Part shown: in pieces, positions 61,911 through 64,000 of the stretch
Numbering within the stretch: the stretch's first letter is position 1
How the letters are laid out: every line of letters begins with the position of its first letter
Assembly (NCBI GenBank): GCA_037131245.1
Contig: JBAXRK010000003.1
Coordinates: 67,333-131,332, forward strand
Length of the DNA stretch: 64,000 nucleotides
Origin: Candidatus Omnitrophota bacterium
GTDB taxonomy: Bacteria > Omnitrophota > Gorgyraeia > Zapsychrales > Fredricksoniimonadaceae
Direction of reading: 5' to 3'
The notes under the pieces: model-generated
The model's database searches: none
What the model was told of the DNA's origin: nothing
What the model saw: the letters and a program-made list of their open reading frames with translations, nothing else
Program-made: the position numbers and the translations under genes

Positions 61911-64000
61911 ATGTTCAAACGCCTGTCCGCAGCCGTTATTTTGCTGACATTTACCGCAAGCTCTCTTCTGGGGCCGAATGCCGCTTATGCCCAGGCGCTT
62001 TTTCTGCCTGAGCCAGGCACGATGGTGCAGGCTAGTCCTTCATTTGAACCCCTTATGATCAAAGGGCTTACGACCCATCCGGAAAATCCTCTTCTATTTG
62101 ATTTTATCATGGACACCGGCAATACCGGCCTTCAGGCCGATATGGCCGACCCTGTTTTGAAAGCGGAATCCGAGAAACTGATCAAATATTTTCTGGCTTC
62201 CCTGGCTATTCCTGATCAGGACCAGTGGGTGAACCTTTCGCCTTATGAAGGCAATCGCATTTTGCCTGACTCTTTAGGGAAAACGGAATTGGGCCGCGAT
62301 ATGCTGGCGCAGGATTATGTGCTTAAGCAGGTGACGTCTTCTTTTATTTATCCGGAAAAAGAATTAGGCAAGGCTTTTTGGGCGAAAGTGTATGAGCGGG
62401 CCCAGAAAGAATTCGGCGTTACGGATATTCCCATGGATGTGCTTAACAAGGTATGGATCACGGCGGAGAGCGCGTCGGTTTACGTGAAGGGCAATAATGC
62501 TTTTGTGTCGGACAGCCATTTGAAGGTTCAGCTGGAAAGCGATTATCTGGCGATGAAGCAGCAGGCACCGGCCGTACAGGATGAGCGTTCCAGCGCGATC
62601 AGCAAGCAGGTCATCCGCGAGATCGTCCTGCCCGAGCTTGAAAAGGAAGTGAACGCGGGGCAGAATTTCTCGCCGCTGCGCCAGATATTTCACAGCATGA
62701 TCCTGGCGGTTTGGTACAAAAAGAATTTGAAAGAGGCTCTTTTGTCGCAGGTTTACGCCGATCGCGCGAAGACCGGCGGCGTGGAAGGTGCCTGGACTTT
62801 GGCAAAAGGCGCGGAGGTTGACCCCGAGCAGATCTACGCTAAATATGTGCAAGCGTTCCAGAAGGGCGTGTTCAACTACATTAGGGAAGACGCCGATCAG
62901 GTTACCGGCGAGATGATCCCCCGTAAGTATTTTTCGGGTGGTATTCATGTGCCGGATGTTAAAGTTTCAGGCTTGCCCGGTGAGAGCGCTCAGTCGACGG
63001 GCCGTGCCTTGCGGGTTAAAGGTGAGTTCCGTGATGCCTCGCAGGGCGCTAAAGTCCCGGTGATCTCTCTGGGGGCGCCGGTAGAGGAAGCGACGCCGGG
63101 GTATTTCACGGTCCCTATCACGATCCCGGAGGGTGTGGATAATGCCAACGGGCGTCTCAATGACCTGGTGAAGGATTTATGGTCGAGTTACAGCCGGACG
63201 CGCAGGAATTTTTATGTGACGGTTAATTGGACGCCGGGGCGTAATGTGTTGAGCATTGGTGAGAACGTTCCTTCGGGGTTGAACGGCAGCCTGGTGCGCT
63301 GGAAGGAAAAACAATTGGCGGATATCAACACGTTGCTGCGCCAGGGGCGTGAGATGCTTGATGCCGCGCAGCATGATGCATCGCAAATGATCCGTTCCGA
63401 CGATATGATCACCCCCGATAAGGATAGCGCGTTATGGCTTTTTGGAGAGGATTTGGGTAAAGTTTTGCAGCCTGTTCTGACTTCCCTGGCGAGCAAACTT
63501 GAGCCTATTGTTCGTGCTAGTTCTTTAAACTCCCTTGGTTTGGAAAATTATACTGCTCATGGCTATTTTCTTAAGCAGCTGACGTCCAGCCATGCTGGGG
63601 AGAATATTTCCCATATGGTCCGAATGGTTCAGATGGATCATACGATCCATAATGATGTAGACGGCAAAGCGATCCTCAAGATCTTTATCGCGGCTCGGTA
63701 TGTGTGGCAGAAGAACTATACGACGATCGATGACCGCCGGATCGAAGTGCCTGATGCGGTGATCGGCATCCTGATCGACTATTTTAATCGTCAGTTCGAG
63801 AAAGATGAAGATGCCGTGGATCGTATCGTGGCAGCCTATCACGAGGCGTACGATAAGCGGAATCAGGACATTGGTTATGCGGTGAATTACGATGATTACA
63901 AAACTGGCTTTGCGGGGATGCTGGCGGATGCTCGTAATTATTACGATTGGTTTGCTCCCTTTCTGGATAAGGAAGCTAAGGCGGCTTTGAAGGCGGCTAC
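61911..64000 (+). CDS. Second large secreted protein (over 696 aa, 3' end beyond the window), paralogous in its N-terminal ~340 aa to the 1867-aa protein
   Basis: My hand translation from ATG 61911 (RBS GGAG) is open to the window edge, which is presumably why it is missing from the ORF track. Signal peptide MFKRLSAAVILLTFTASSLLGPNAAYA. Shared motifs are WVNLSPYEG, AQDYVLK, LNKVWI, SPLRQ, FQKGVFNYIRE and PRKYFSGG. Confidence 0.75.
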   Translation, partial: MFKRLSAAVILLTFTASSLLGPNAAYAQALFLPEPGTMVQASPSFEPLMIKGLTTHPENPLLFDFIMDTGNTGLQADMADPVLKAESEKLIKYFLASLAIPDQDQWVNLSPYEGNRILPDSLGKTELGRDMLAQDYVLKQVTSSFIYPEKELGKAFWAKVYERAQKEFGVTDIPMDVLNKVWITAESASVYVKGNNAFVSDSHLKVQLESDYLAMKQQAPAVQDERSSAISKQVIREIVLPELEKEVNAGQNFSPLRQIFHSMILAVWYKKNLKEALLSQVYADRAKTGGVEGAWTLAKGAEVDPEQIYAKYVQAFQKGVFNYIREDADQVTGEMIPRKYFSGGIHVPDVKVSGLPGESAQSTGRALRVKGEFRDASQGAKVPVISLGAPVEEATPGYFTVPITIPEGVDNANGRLNDLVKDLWSSYSRTRRNFYVTVNWTPGRNVLSIGENVPSGLNGSLVRWKEKQLADINTLLRQGREMLDAAQHDASQMIRSDDMITPDKDSALWLFGEDLGKVLQPVLTSLASKLEPIVRASSLNSLGLENYTAHGYFLKQLTSSHAGENISHMVRMVQMDHTIHNDVDGKAILKIFIAARYVWQKNYTTIDDRRIEVPDAVIGILIDYFNRQFEKDEDAVDRIVAAYHEAYDKRNQDIGYAVNYDDYKTGFAGMLADARNYYDWFAPFLDKEAKAALKAA

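Noticed and set aside
1-64000. A search for CRISPR arrays, tRNA/rRNA genes, transposases, integrases, reverse transcriptases and toxin-antitoxin pairs.
   Set aside because: I saw no regularly spaced repeats, no cloverleaf-like conserved tRNA boxes in the short intergenic regions, and no ORFs with recombinase or RT motifs. The YwqK-type MORN protein has no partner toxin nearby.

Overview
This 64-kb window is a compact bacterial chromosome segment with about 65 genes. All but four genes are on the + strand, and many start/stop codons overlap by 1-4 nt. I saw no rRNA, tRNA, CRISPR array, transposase or integrase. I cannot assign a taxon without a database search.

Gene content from left to right:
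- A small sugar-nucleotide/glycan module: methyltransferase, Gfo/Idh/MocA oxidoreductase, hexapeptide acetyltransferase and GT2.
- RNA-modification enzymes.
- A PAS hybrid histidine kinase with an Hpt protein.
- Two large polytopic membrane proteins.
- DAHP synthase with an aminotransferase, dCMP deaminase and GH5.
- RluB, then an ABC-F gene overlapping an Smr gene.
- A 760-bp structured intergenic island with two tiny polylysine micro-ORFs.
- hemW.
- A compact ydbH-ynbE-ydbL-like envelope cluster that carries a duplicated 65-nt two-hairpin element.
- Polyprenyl synthase.
- A long purine operon, purB-purC-(purS-purS-purL fusion)-LOG-purQ-x-purM-purD-purE.
- A Bacillus-like block of tsaC/ywlE (fused)-rpiB-glyA-nrdR.
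- A CCA-enzyme gene, a Nudix gene and miaA, with no hfq between miaA and hflX.
- A heat-shock supercluster: hflX, hspR-like, a CIRCE element, a small Cys protein, an N-domain-less clpB, MORN, then hrcA-grpE-dnaK-dnaJ-fmdB.

The least conventional part is the right end (55.3-64 kb). It holds an orphan pilin with a lectin-like head, followed by two tandem secreted giant paralogs. One is 1867 aa with a GHKL ATPase core and a degenerate Fic-like motif. I do not recognise this arrangement as a described system.

All domain calls come from motif reading by eye, and none has been checked against a database.
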